NCBI GenBank assembly: GCA_904063045.1
Contig: CAJFCJ010000004.1
Coordinates: 1,605,713 to 1,669,712, forward strand
DNA length: 64,000 bases
Source of the DNA: Dimorphilus gyrociliatus
Lineage: Eukaryota; Animalia; Annelida
Direction of reading: 5' to 3'
Shown here: piece by piece, positions 44,442-57,200 of the stretch
Layout of the letters: each line of letters begins with the position of its first letter
How positions within the stretch are numbered: position 1 is the first letter of the stretch
The notes under the pieces: model-generated
Seen by the model: the letters and a program-made list of their open reading frames with translations, nothing else
Told to the model about the DNA's origin: nothing
The model's database searches: none
Program-made: the position numbers and the translations under genes

Positions 44442-47400
44442 ATGATCGAACGATTTCTTCTCCTCATTCTTCTCAGTTATGGAACTTTCGCCATTAATTT
44501 ACGCCTTCCACCGACTTCTCTCGACCTTCTAAAGGCGGTTAATTTACAAGTTCCGCAGGCGGGTGTCGTCCAGAGTAAAGGCCTGTGTAAAGAAAGAAAT
44601 AGTCAAAATGGACCGGATGTCGCCTACGGCGTCACTTCTACAGCAGCACTCGGCGTCGCCACTTACCGACTTTTTCCGGCTGGATTTCCGACCAATTTTT
44701 CTATTATATCCGTTTTCAAACCGAATAATAATACCCTGGGTAATCTGTTCACAGTCTACTCGTCTCAAGCTAACCCTATACTAGGCCTTTTTGTATCCGA
44801 AAATCCTTATCTTATATATTCGGATGAAAATGGTTGGCCGGGTGTAGGCAATTACCCAAAATTCACGGCAAACATCGCTTCCAATGAGTAAGTTTGCACA
44901 GGAGAGAGATGTATAAAATATCCTATTTAAATTTATACCTTTGTTACCCGGTAGATGGCATCGCATAGGAATAAGCGTTACTGACACTGAAGTAACGCTC
45001 GTGCATAATTGCGATTTTCGAGAAACTAAAGCTTGGCGTAGGCCAAGTTCAGGTTTAGATAATAAGGGAAGTGTCTTTCTTAGTAGGCAGTTAGAGGATG
45101 GCCAAGCTTTTGAGGGTATTTTTCAAGAGTTAATAGTAACTTCAGATCCGGAAGACGCTTTCCGAGTTTGTGACGACTATGCTCCGAAATGTAGCGTTCC
45201 ATTGGAAAAAGAATCTTTCAATTCTACGGAGGGAACGAATTGTAATGCGATTATTAACTGGGTAATTCTATTAAATCCACACTCCAATTAATCGAATTGA
45301 AAGTGAAAATACTTTTAGCGGCAAGTTCCGGTTAGAAGGGGTCCTCCTGGTTTTCGAGGGCCTATTGGCATTAAAGGAGACAGAGTAAAGAATTTCCGAA
45401 AAATCTAATTACTTATATAATTATTACATTAAAAATGTAGGGGTTTTCTGGAAAAGATGGTATTCCTGGATCAAACGGTCGACCCGGCCCTCCAGGTCAT
45501 GTTTTTATTATTCCAGTGAATCTTGGAAGTGATGGAACAAAAGGTCCGTCAAATCAGGCCGTTGTTCTAAGGCAGATGTTGAAACAGCACATGGTATAAT
45601 ATGTTTCAGACGACTCTTGTATATAAATAAACTTTGTATAAATGTATACAGTTGTCTATGGAAGGACCAGCCGGACCTCAAGGCATGACTGGTTTACCTG
45701 GTCAGCCGGTAATATTATATACTTTCATATATATATTTAAATGCCTCTAATCTAAAAACTTCGTAAAAAAATCCTCATAAAGGGCATGCCTGGACCTGAG
45801 GGTTCAAAGGGTGAATCGGGTCAAGTTGGCGAGATGGTACGAAATTGAAATTCAACGATAGAGAGAAGATTTTTGTAACTGTAAATGTTTTTATTCCCAA
45901 AGGGATTACCTGGACCAAGAGGAACACCTGGTCCAATTGGCAGAACGGGAAAGAGGGTAATTGCCGTCTTAATAATTGGCTTCCTAAAAAATTACACCCA
46001 TCTTTCTATTCTCCAGGGTCGACCAGGAAGAGATGGGGAAAGAGGAGCGATTGGAACGCCGGGAGATAAAGGACCTACCGGTTATATCGGAAGACCTGGA
46101 TTGCCTGGAGAGAAAGGAGATAGGGTTAATGGCTATTAGTTATTCTAATTATTTTGCAATTAACGCGATTGTATTTGTAAAAAGGGACGAACAGGCGCCC
46201 CAGGACCACCTGGTTTTAGAGGCATAAATGGAAAATTGGTATATTAAGCGAAAATTAATTAAAACTTCTAAATAGACGAAGATAATTACAATTTACGCTA
46301 CATTTAGGGTGAGCCAGGACCCTCGGGAGTTTCTGGTCCTCAAGGAGAGCCGGTCAGTATAATTTGTTTACACCTTTTCAAAACTCAAAGCGAGTGATAC
46401 ACAGGGTCCCAGGGGATTCGTCGGTCCAAGAGGAAGAACCGGTCCGGTTGGACCTCCTGTAAGTTTCGTAGATTTTTCTTTAAAAGTGGGCCAGATACTT
46501 GTATCTGATTGTGTAAAACTACTTTATTTTTCGTAGGGTCTGCCAGGAAGTGAAGGTAGGATTGGTCAAAAAGGAGAACAGGTTAGTTACTGTTAAATTG
46601 CAATGTATATTTAATTGTCATCACTTATTGATTTAGGGTCCTGTTGGAGCTCCTGGACCCATTGGTCAGACTGGACCAGATGGCTCACCTGTTAGATATG
46701 ATAACTGCATATTCTGCCAGTTTCTTCTTTAATTCTGGAATTCTTTTTAGGGTTACAGAGGACAAATTGGCCCTAGAGGTCCTCCAGGTTTACAGGGTAA
46801 AAGAGGAAAACAAGGAATACCTGGATTTCCAGGAGCAGAAGGTCCACCAGTAAGCTTCCGCTACTTACTTAGTCGTTTTATCATACTTTAAAGTATTGCC
46901 TTAGGGAAGACATGGAGCTGCTGGGAAAAGAGGAGCAAAAGGAGATACGGTAAAGTTTGAATTATTTCCATGTTTATTTTAAAATAATCAAAGTTGTTTT
47001 TCGAAAAAATATAGGGGCCGATGGGAAGAACAGGCGATACGGGTTTGCCGGGTGAAAAGGGCATAAAGGGAGAAACTGGAGCACGTGGCCGTATGGGCGC
47101 TATGGGAGAAAAAGTATGCTCACTACTTAATAAACATGTTTGTTAAACCGTAAATGTTTACAGGGAGATAAGGGATTAATTGGTTTCAAGGGAGACGTTG
47201 GTCCTAAAGGACAAAAGGGACTTAAGGGTCAACGGGGCGAAAGAGGAGAAGAAGGTCCCATGGGACAAAAAGTAAAGAGGATGAATTCCTTTTACATTTT
47301 ATAATAAGCTTCTACACGCCGTACCATAACGTTTTTTTTTGTAGGGAGATCAAGGTCATAAGGGTGAGGAAGGTCAAATAGGCTTACCCGGTGAAAAAGG

Positions 47401-50400
47401 CCAGATCGGACAAACAGGATTTCCCGGATATCCTGGACCCCCAGGAGAAAAAGTTATTTTAAAGCAATATAATAGATTAAGCATACTTACAGCTCTTATT
47501 TCTGCTTAAGAGCTGTTATTAGTTTTCTATTTATTATTGTCATATAAAAAGGTATAAATTAATAGGTACGTGTGGTTTTGACAGGGAACACAAGGACCAC
47601 CAGGCTCTCTTGGTACAAATGGTGCTAAAGGCTTTCAAGTAATCCTCTGAAAAGGCTTTTTTCTAGTGTAATACTAATGTTCTATTAAATTATTAGGGAC
47701 CAGCAGGAGACGCAGGAGAACCAGGGCCGCGTGGGCAGAGAGTAAGCTATTATTAAGTGAAATCCAAAAGCTACTTTTCTAATTGCTTTGCCTATTTTAG
47801 GGTTCTCGAGGAGATAGGGGTAAAACTGGTCCTAGGGGACAAATTGGCGCAAAAGGTAGTCTTGGTCCCCCTGGCTTGGTAGGGCCACCCGGTCCTGTAG
47901 GAGAGAGAGGATTGCGAGGACCGCCCGGCCTTTTGGGAATGCCTGGAATTGCTGTAATTTACTATTTGAGTCCTTTTTCATAACAATTTTAATTTGGCTT
48001 CAATTTAAGGGCCATCCCGGAAAAGATGGTCAACAGGGATTTCCTGGTCCGCCAGGAGAACCAGTAAGTTTTCATTATCAGTAAAAAGCTAAAAGAGAAA
48101 GTTATTCACAAAGTGTAATTATTTACCTAAAGGGACCACCAGGAGTGCCAGGTAAACAAGGAGGCGTTGGGGTAATTGGACCAACTGTGAGTTTCACAAC
48201 TGAAAATTAAATTTAAGTATTGAAAATAAATCAAGGAATTTCTCCCCGACAGGGTCCAGCTGGCCAACCAGGTGATCCAGGAGAGAGAGGTCATCGGGGT
48301 ATTCCGGTAAGTAAAATCTTCCCTTTAATGGAACATTTTACCATTCAAAATTTTTCCACAAAATTAGGGAAAACCTGGAACAGAGGGCTCCCCAGGAGCT
48401 AGAGGCAAAGATGGACCTATTGGTTTACCGGGAAAAGACGGACCAGCTGGAAAAATTGGACCAACTGGCTTACAAGGATTTCCTGGTGAAAGAGGTTTAC
48501 CGGGAACTGAAGGTTTACTGGGCTTGAAAGGAAACCAAGGCCCACCAGGATCTATTGGAAGAACAGTGAGAAATTATTTGTCTTTTTAGTCAAGTTGTAA
48601 TGCATACTTGTTTATCTTTCGTTAGGGAGATAAAGGATCAACAGGACCGATAGGAGAAACTGGAGCAACCGGACCTCGGGTAAAATAGAAACGATTTCTT
48701 CCGAATTTTGACAATACTTTTCTTAGGGTGTACCAGGCCCAATTGGTCCACCAGGTCCATCAGGACCAAAAGGTGAACAGGGACTACAAGGTATGAAAGG
48801 TGTTCCAGGGAAAGCAGGCAACAGAGGACCAATGGTTAGCATATCCTATAGGGTAGAAAGCTAAAATTTTTCGATATTGTTCCTTAGGGTTTACCAGGAA
48901 AAAGGGGACTAACAGGAATTCCAGGGGAAGCTGCAGATAAAGGTGATCCTGGACCTCCAGGCATAAAAGGAATGAAAGGAGATCCTGGCCTTCCTGTAAA
49001 TAGAATTTAGTAATACTTTTTTAAATAAAAACTAATCGATCTGTAGGGACAAACTGGACGACCTGGAAAAATGGGTGAAATTGGACCTCCTGGAATACAG
49101 GGTTCTCCTGGTGAGACTGGTCCCCGAGGCCTCCAGGGCGTCCCAGGAATTAAGGGTACTCAAGGATTACAGGGACCAACAGGAACAGTTGGATTGCCCG
49201 GAAGGCAGGGACCACAAGGTCAACCAGGAGAGAAAGGTAACACTGGCAAAACTGGTGAGAAGGGTCCTCTTGGGGCTCCAGGAGAACCTGGACAACGGGG
49301 GAAAGCCGGTCCTGAAGTTCGTTTATCCTAATATCTTATTACAATTTTGTTTGATATTTTGTAAAATTATAGGGTCTTCCTGGATCGAGAGGTCCTCCTG
49401 GACCTGAAGGCAAAGCTGGCGAACCTGGAGAACAAGGTATCAGAGGTGAACCTGGTCTTCCTGGTGAAAATGGAGAAACGGGTCCTAGAGGTAAGACTGG
49501 AGAAAAAGGCAATGAAGGAAAACAGGGAATAACTGGAAAACCCGGTATAAGAGGGCTGCCTGGTAGGGAGGGTCCGAAAGGTGATAGAGGACCTGCTGGC
49601 TTTCCTGGTAAGCCTGGTGTTTCTGGTCCAGAAGGAGAAAAAGGAGAAAGAGGATTGCCTGGTAAAGATGGAAATGTTGCAGCTAAAGGTGACATTGGAG
49701 TTCCAGGGCCCCCTGGGGAAATGGGACCACCTGGCTTAACTGGAAAAACTGTAAAGCAAAAATATTCTATTAATTTGGTATCTATATCCTCGCTTTATTC
49801 AGGGTCCTTCGGGAATTCAAGGAGTTGAGGGCGCTGCGGGAAAACCTGGAGAAAAAGGAAATATTGGACCGCGTGGGCCAATTGGAAGGCGTGGACTCAC
49901 AGGACCGCAGGCAATTAATATCTCATTAATTTATAAACAAACGTCATAAATTGTTTTAATAGGGTATACGAGGGCCAAAAGGTTCTCCCGGCCCTTCTGG
50001 TGCAGGAGGAGAAGTAGTGAGTATTTTTTTGTTTCCATTGAAAATTTTTAATTAAGCATATCTTAGGGAGATATTGGACCTACTGGGTCTCCCGGTAAAG
50101 CTGGAGAACAGGGTGCTATAGGTCCGAAAGGTGAGAAGGGAAGAAATGGAGACGCCGGTCCGAAAGGTGTGAAAGGTCATCAAGGTGATGTCGGTCTATT
50201 TGGTCAAGGTGGAGACAAGGGCGACAAAGGAACCCCTGGTCCTGTTGGGCCAAAAGGTGATCAGGGGGCGAAGGGGGAAAGAGGCTTCAAGGGAGAGAGA
50301 GGATTTCAAGGTGAACCAGGCAAAAACGGAGCACAGGTTTTTATTAGCATGCCCCTAATAAACTTGCCTTCAATGATATTTGTTTCAGGGCCAAATGGGC

Positions 50401-51383
50401 ATTCAAGGACCCAAAGGTGATACGGTAAGTAGAATTTGACATATTATTTGAATTTTGACTATAAATAATTGTTACAGGGCATAAGAGGGCCAAAAGGCGA
50501 TATCGGAAAAACGGTATGCAATTATTGTATAAAACCTCGTAAAACGCCTTTAATCGAATGCCTACTTCTTTCAGGGTCCACCTGGTCCGGAAGCGAGTAT
50601 AACAAATGTTAACGTCCCAAATAACATACTCAATGGTTTAAGTCGCAAAAAGCGTTCTTTAAATAATAAGCAGACATTATCGAATCTCATAAGAGATATA
50701 TTCTTTGAGATAGATAGTTTGGACGAAAAGGTGAAGTCATTAGAAGAGACTGATGGCAGTCGATTAAGACCGGCAAGGTCATGTTCCGATATTTTATTGA
50801 ATGATAAAGCAACCATTGATGGCTGGTATTGGATAGATCCTAATTTAGGATCGAAAGTAGATGCTATCAGGGTATGGTGCAACATGTCAGGAGGAGGACA
50901 GACATGCGTACATCCCTTAAGAAATGGTGTATCTCCTCAGTATTGGAAGAAGGAAGATAGTAAAAAATGGTTCAGCGAATTATCCAACGGTTTTCTAGTA
51001 AGTTTCGCAATTTTTAAATACCTCTGTACTAACTCATACGATGTCATAATTGTGTTTGAACAAAACAGTTAACCTATCCAAGCGATGTTCAATTAGAATT
51101 TTTACGTTTACTACACGCAAGAGTACACCAGACGGCTACTTATATATGCACCAATGCTAATGCATTTGGTATTGAGTTCCGTTCAGCTGACGATAGTCTA
51201 TGGAAGAGACTCGTTCCTACCTTTGACGGATGCAGACTTAGACAGGGCTCTTCAAGAGCCGAATTTCTATTAGGAACAACTAAATTAAATCGTTTACCAA
51301 TCGTAGATATATCACCTCAAGACTACGGCAAACCTTGGCAAAATTTCGGCTTTCAATTAGGACCAGTTTGCTTCTCGTTATAA
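44442..51383 (+). CDS. Clade B fibrillar collagen alpha chain (type V/XI-like)
   Basis: Signal peptide, TSPN domain ([19 protein letters not shown]), minor helix, many Gly-X-Y exons in 9-nt multiples (36/45/54/108), furin site RKKR, COLFI domain (PARSC, YWIDPN, LPIVD, LGPVCF). Confidence 0.95.
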
Positions 51384-51625
51384 GTTAATGATATAAGTGT
51401 GTAAATATAAATATGATAATAATTACAGTAATAATTTTAATATTGATTGTAAAGTATATACATATATATATATATATGTACTTTACAAATATACATAAAT
51501 AATATCGGGCGGCAAGTACAGTAGAGAATGTAGTTGAATAAATAAAAAGAGATTTCTTCTTTTTTTTTGACGAGACAAAATAAACCAGAGAAAAAGAAAC
51601 AAATACTTTAAAAATAGAAACATTT

Positions 51626-53514
51626 TCACGATAGACGTAATCTGCAAACTGGGCAGGACGCTGACTTACGTAACCAAGCGTCTATACATAAATTGTGAAA
51701 AAGATGACCGCAGGGTAGGTCGGTTGCTATTTCCCCCTTTTCAAATATACAAAGGCATATAGAACATGTTTCTTCCCTTCCTGTAACGTGTTTAACAATA
51801 AATTACTTAGAGAAGCATTTGAAATTCAAACAATTGAGAAAAACGCTTACTAATATGCTCCAAACTGATTGTTATCTTCCTCAATTCTTTAAGCAAATTC
51901 GAAGACGCAGGGGGTATTTCGTGCTCCATTAAATTCGGGTAGACCGACATCATCTGATCTATGACGTTCTATTGTGGTTCAATTAGTGATAAGGTTACTA
52001 ATTAACTTTGTTAAAAAATGATTTGCGTACTTGAAATAACGAAGATAAAAAATCGTTGGCCCTCTGATCATCAGATAAGAATGAAAGATCCAGTGTCAAA
52101 TGAGATGGCAATTCACTAGTTATATATTAAAATAAAAGAATTGTGGAATGATTAGACAAATATATATACACAATATATACAAATATGAACTAATATTTAC
52201 GTATCGTTCGGTTCTTCATCCTCAACATCTGGTACTTCATCGGGAGGAACAATGTCTATTTATTAATTGTATTCGTTACTTTAGAATTTTTAATTAAATA
52301 AAGCTTTTAGGCAAAGTAAAAACTAACCACAACTTTCGTGTAGGCGACACGCACCACAGTCACATTCAAATTCATCATCTGCCTCTTGACCCTCTTCACT
52401 CCCAGAGGATGCCTAATAATTTATAAATATTATTGCTCTTGCTATTTGTCATGGCATTACAACGACAACAAATATTTACATAAACATCCAAAGGCTGTTC
52501 TGGTGGAATAATCTTTAGGTGATCATCCGGTTCTAGATTTTCCTGAGAATCAGATGATTCCTCTAAATCCTTTTGAGGTCTTTCGAAAACAATTCCAGCT
52601 TCTTCTAATCTGGCAATACGATGAGCGTCTGTCTCAGAAAAGGACGCAAAACTTTCGTCTTGAGAGCAAGTGGATATATCAGCCATATTCAGAAGTGAAT
52701 CATTTACTGATTCGCTTTCGCTAAGTCTTCTCATTCTTTCTAAGCAAATGTTGCATGTTTTGTCTTCATTTGGCTTACATTCACATCCGCTACAATTCGA
52801 ATTAGTTGAAGTTTTACGTTCTAGTTTTTGTTTATTGGGTAAACGAAGTCGATCGTTCGAGGATGAAGACGAAGTTGAAGGAATTCGAGAGACCGTTTTA
52901 AAGGCACTCGTGTTTTTCGGTTTTGATCCCAAGCTACCATAGGCTTTAGTAAGAAAAAGATGTTTTGATGATTGAGGTATGCTATAGGCTTTTTTACGAA
53001 TCTTATCAGTTTCCTCAATCTCTTCTTCACTACTTGAGCTATGTATTTCTCTTGATGATGATTTCAATAGCCGATTCTTTCTCAATTTTACTGCAATTTT
53101 TTTCGAGTCTTCCATTTCATCTGTATGCAATCGGTTTCGAAATCTTGGTGACTTCCTTCCGGAGTCTTCGGTGGGTTTGGCTTCTTCACTCTGATTATTG
53201 GGCACATTTAACGATTTTGTTTTACCCAATTTGCAGTGCTCTCTTGCTTCTTGACGTAAGATTTTGTTATGAACAATATTTGAAATTCCAGCGTTCCTTT
53301 CTTCTTCATCGAGATTTTTATCCTCAGCCTGAGATATGGACTTTGTTAAATTGACATGTCTTGAACGCGTTGTAACTAATAAGGCTTCCCTCCAAGCAGC
53401 TCCAGCTGCTTTCCACCCTAAAATACAGATAATATCCCATTGAGTGAATGTTATCTATATTGTTCATCTTAATCGAATCTTACCTTCGATTTGTGCAGTT
53501 CTTGATTTATTCAT
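51626..53514 (-). CDS. RING-H2 E3 ubiquitin ligase (Praja-like C-terminus)
   Basis: Six exons; last exon CSICLCIFEKGEIATDLPCGHLFHNLCIDAWLRKSASCPVCR, preceded by IPPAS; long low-complexity Ser/acidic N-terminal region. Confidence 0.85.
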
Positions 53515-53900
53515 TTTATAAATTATCTCATCTGCAGGTTAATCTCAAATATATAACAGGTTTAGAACAACAATCAATAAAACGGTACTCACTTTAGATG
53601 ATTTCACCTATGCTTCTCAATTCGAAATATGTCAATGATATATTTATTAAAGAATCAATTTATATTAATTAAGGCCATAAATTCATAATAAATGGCTTTT
53701 CGAAAAATTTTGTAATTAAAAAGAAAATCCTGGAAAATATGCTAGATTTTACTATCGAAAGTACTACAGTATTGATCAATATTAAAAAATATACTCTATA
53801 AGTGTAACAATTTCAGGGAAAACAATATGAGGTTTCCCCCGTCTATATATTCAGCCATTTTGAATTTCGGAGTATGGTTGACTTCTCTATGTTTATATTA

Positions 53901-53913
53901 TTTCGCGCATGCG
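53901..53913. promoter_or_regulatory. Overlapping E2F/NRF1-like motif in the RING-RABGAP1 bidirectional promoter
   Basis: TTTCGCGCATGCG between divergent start codons at 53514 and 54281. Confidence 0.4.
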
Positions 53914-54280
53914 TCATCTCTAATTGGTTTTTTCTTTCTCCTCTTAGTTTTTTTGCTGTTGTATCTAATATTTAAAATTATTCAGTAAGACAAAGTAAGT
54001 AAAGTTGACAATTGGGTTATTCTATACACAAAATTGTTGCCAAAATATTAAGTTATTCGGATAATGCTAAATTATAGATAAAAAAAAGAGAAACGCCTCC
54101 AATGATCTGCGCGAAAACAGATATTTATATAAGAAACAAAGAATATTGAAACTTTCGAACGCAACAGTTGTTTACGTTGCGTAACTTTACATTACATAAT
54201 GCATCATAGGCTTTGTTGTAATTACGTTCTATTTGACAGTTGTCTGAAATCCGCCTACTGAAACGAAGATGAGTTAAGTT

Positions 54281-57200
54281 ATGGCCGACAACGTTTCTGT
54301 CGATTCTGGAAACGACGACTACGTATTTGTTAATTCCAAACCCAAACTTAATATAGCTAAAAACGGTAACATTAGCGATTTATGTCAAGAAATGAATGAA
54401 GTATTAAAGGATGCCGGAACTTCCGAGGAGGAAGCAAATAGTAGAAAGAATCCTTTTGACGATCCGCTTGGTGCTAATAATCCACCACCGGGTATATATC
54501 TATTTATACACTTAAAGTAAAGGAAATAATGAAAATTTTGCTTATTGCAATAAAAATACAGAGGCTATTGTGGATGAGGGTTCAACAATATTCAACGGTG
54601 TAACATATTTAGGTGCAGCTGTTGTAAACGCACCCAGAAGTGAACCAGAAATTAACAGGAATATGGAGATATTAAATTCTCAAAATCAAGTTTCATATTC
54701 AATAATTCTTGCTGTTCCATCAGATTCAGAAGGAACCGTAAGGTTAGCTGGATAGAAGACTAACAGACATATCCTTGACTAATATTAAATGCTTGGCTAA
54801 TCTTTTCTTCATAGGCTATTGGATCCGGGAACAAATGTGGAAATAGCATCCTACAGAATTCATAGAATACTTTTTTGCTGTCGTGGTCCGCCAGATAAAT
54901 CGATATGCAATTGTTTCGCTTTTATTTGTAGTCACGGCGAAAATCAAGATAGTACAACCTATCGCTGTCACGTATTCAGATGCAATTTACAAGAAGCGGT
55001 AGTAAAATATTTATTTGTCTTTAATTAATAAATATTTAAAAAAAACTATCATTTATGATTTTTAGACTGGTCGTATTTTATACAATTTTGCTATGGCATT
55101 TCAAAAAACTCCATCTGCCTTGACAAGACGACAAGCTAGCATCTCCGAGCAAGTTTTTAACTTTAACGTCAACCTAGAGATAAAAGAAGACGATGGCAAA
55201 GGTGGATTTAGGTTGACAATTTAAATGTGCTTGAAAGTCTGTTTCGTCATTATTGTGTCTCTTTTATAGTACATGCCCTAGAGACAAGAACGCTTTTAAA
55301 TTTAGATGCGATTTGGAAAAGAAATTAATTATTAACGTTACGCAAACATCCAACGAAGAACTCAAGATCGAAAGGTATTAACTATTTTCACATTTTATTA
55401 ATTTTCCATACTATTTATTTAACCATATTTAATTAATAATAAAAAGTTAACTTTAAGTAAAGTAAGGTAAAATAGATTGAGGAGAAAGACCTTTAGACTT
55501 GTTTTCAATGTTTAGGTGTTTTGGATTACTGATAAGCCCTGGACGCAACGTTAAACACAGCGACATGCATCTAATCGATATGGTTTGTAAAAATTAATTA
55601 ACTATTTTAAATATATAGTTTTCTACCTATTTTACCCGGGAAATTGCGCTAAGGATTTTTACTTTTTATGTTGTTTGTTGTTTTTCTTTCTTTCTTTCAT
55701 TTCAGAAATTCTAATATATACTTGATACTTTAACTTTCTCTTAATTTTATATCCGTAATTTAAATCTTCCACTTTACCGATATTGAAAAAAAAGCCCATT
55801 TAAAAGATTATAATAGTCATAAGATATATATATATATATATCGCTGATTATTTTCAAAGATTACCTATCATATTATATAATTAAAAAAGAGAAACAAACC
55901 TTACAGGATGACCTACCTCGTAAACGAAGTGGGGGAGTAATACCTCATAAAATGGCGATTGGCGATTTACTTACAGTAAAGATATTAGTTGATTTTTTTT
56001 TTTTCTATCTTTCCGCTTTGGTCTTATTTTTCAATTTTTTAGTCTCCTAACTTTTCGTTATGCTATATTTTTCTTTTCTTTCATTTTGTCTCTACTTTTT
56101 TTTTATAAAAAAAAAGAATTAAAATTGAAAAGAAAAAAAGATTAATAAAGGAAAACCACTTGATGAAAAGGAAAAATGATTTTTAGGATAAAAAAATTGC
56201 GAAATTATTTGAAAGAAAAAAAAAATTACAATTTTTTATTTAGGAAACTAAACGGAGGTCGAGTGTGGCGAATTTATTGAAAAGACAGGTGGAACGCTAT
56301 GATTCCGTTCATAAATTATTTAACATACAACCGACTAAAACTGAACAGCTTTTATCGCCAATAACGCATGCTAGGCTTAATAACTTATTTCCGCTGAGCA
56401 ATGTCATTAAATATACATGATTTTTGGATTTATTATAGAGATGAGAAGTAATTAGCTTTATATGTTTTTCTCTGTATTCATTAGGTATCGATGGGTGCGT
56501 CAAATGAAGGAAAGACTTATATAATATCTGGACATTGGGATCCAACAGACCCAAATTTCCAAATCCTTAACACGGAAACTCATGGAGGTAATAGATAATA
56601 TTAGAACTAAGCGTTACGTTTATAAATAGCTATAAGCCGATGTCAATAAAAGGGTCGTAATATATTACTTATTAGATACAAAAGTTTTCCTGACTATCGC
56701 AATTGACCTAGTTATTATTGGAATTCAAGAACCAGTACGATTTCTTATTGAAAGCAAGGCGAAAATTTTTCCAACAAATGAAAGATTTTGGTACATAACC
56801 AAGAAGCCTTTACAAGATACCTTTGTTCTGAAGCTGAAGAGAGTAAGTCTACGAAAGTTCAATATCTTACATTTACTTTAATTATGATTTTAATTTATCT
56901 TATGTTCTTTCTTTCACTTTTTTTACGAGTTCACTTTTTTATGTATGGTAATTTTAAGTTCGTTTCTTTTATTACACTATTTTCCTTTTTATAGAATGAA
57001 AATGAGAAAGGCGATGCTCTATTCGATGTTTTAAGTATCGAAAGTCAAACTGAAATCGATCGGGCGGCTAGTATGTCGTTAAAAATACAACCGAATCAAA
57101 TCGCTATCGAAACTGTTCAAACGCCTATGGCTGACGGACCAGATGATGATTCTGGTAATGACGAACCACTTATGAGTGGATCTGGTTTAGTAAGCAAAGA

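Noticed and set aside
49339-49695. Antisense Pro/Gly-rich ORFs over the collagen
   Set aside because: Expected reverse-frame artefact of Gly-X-Y codons.
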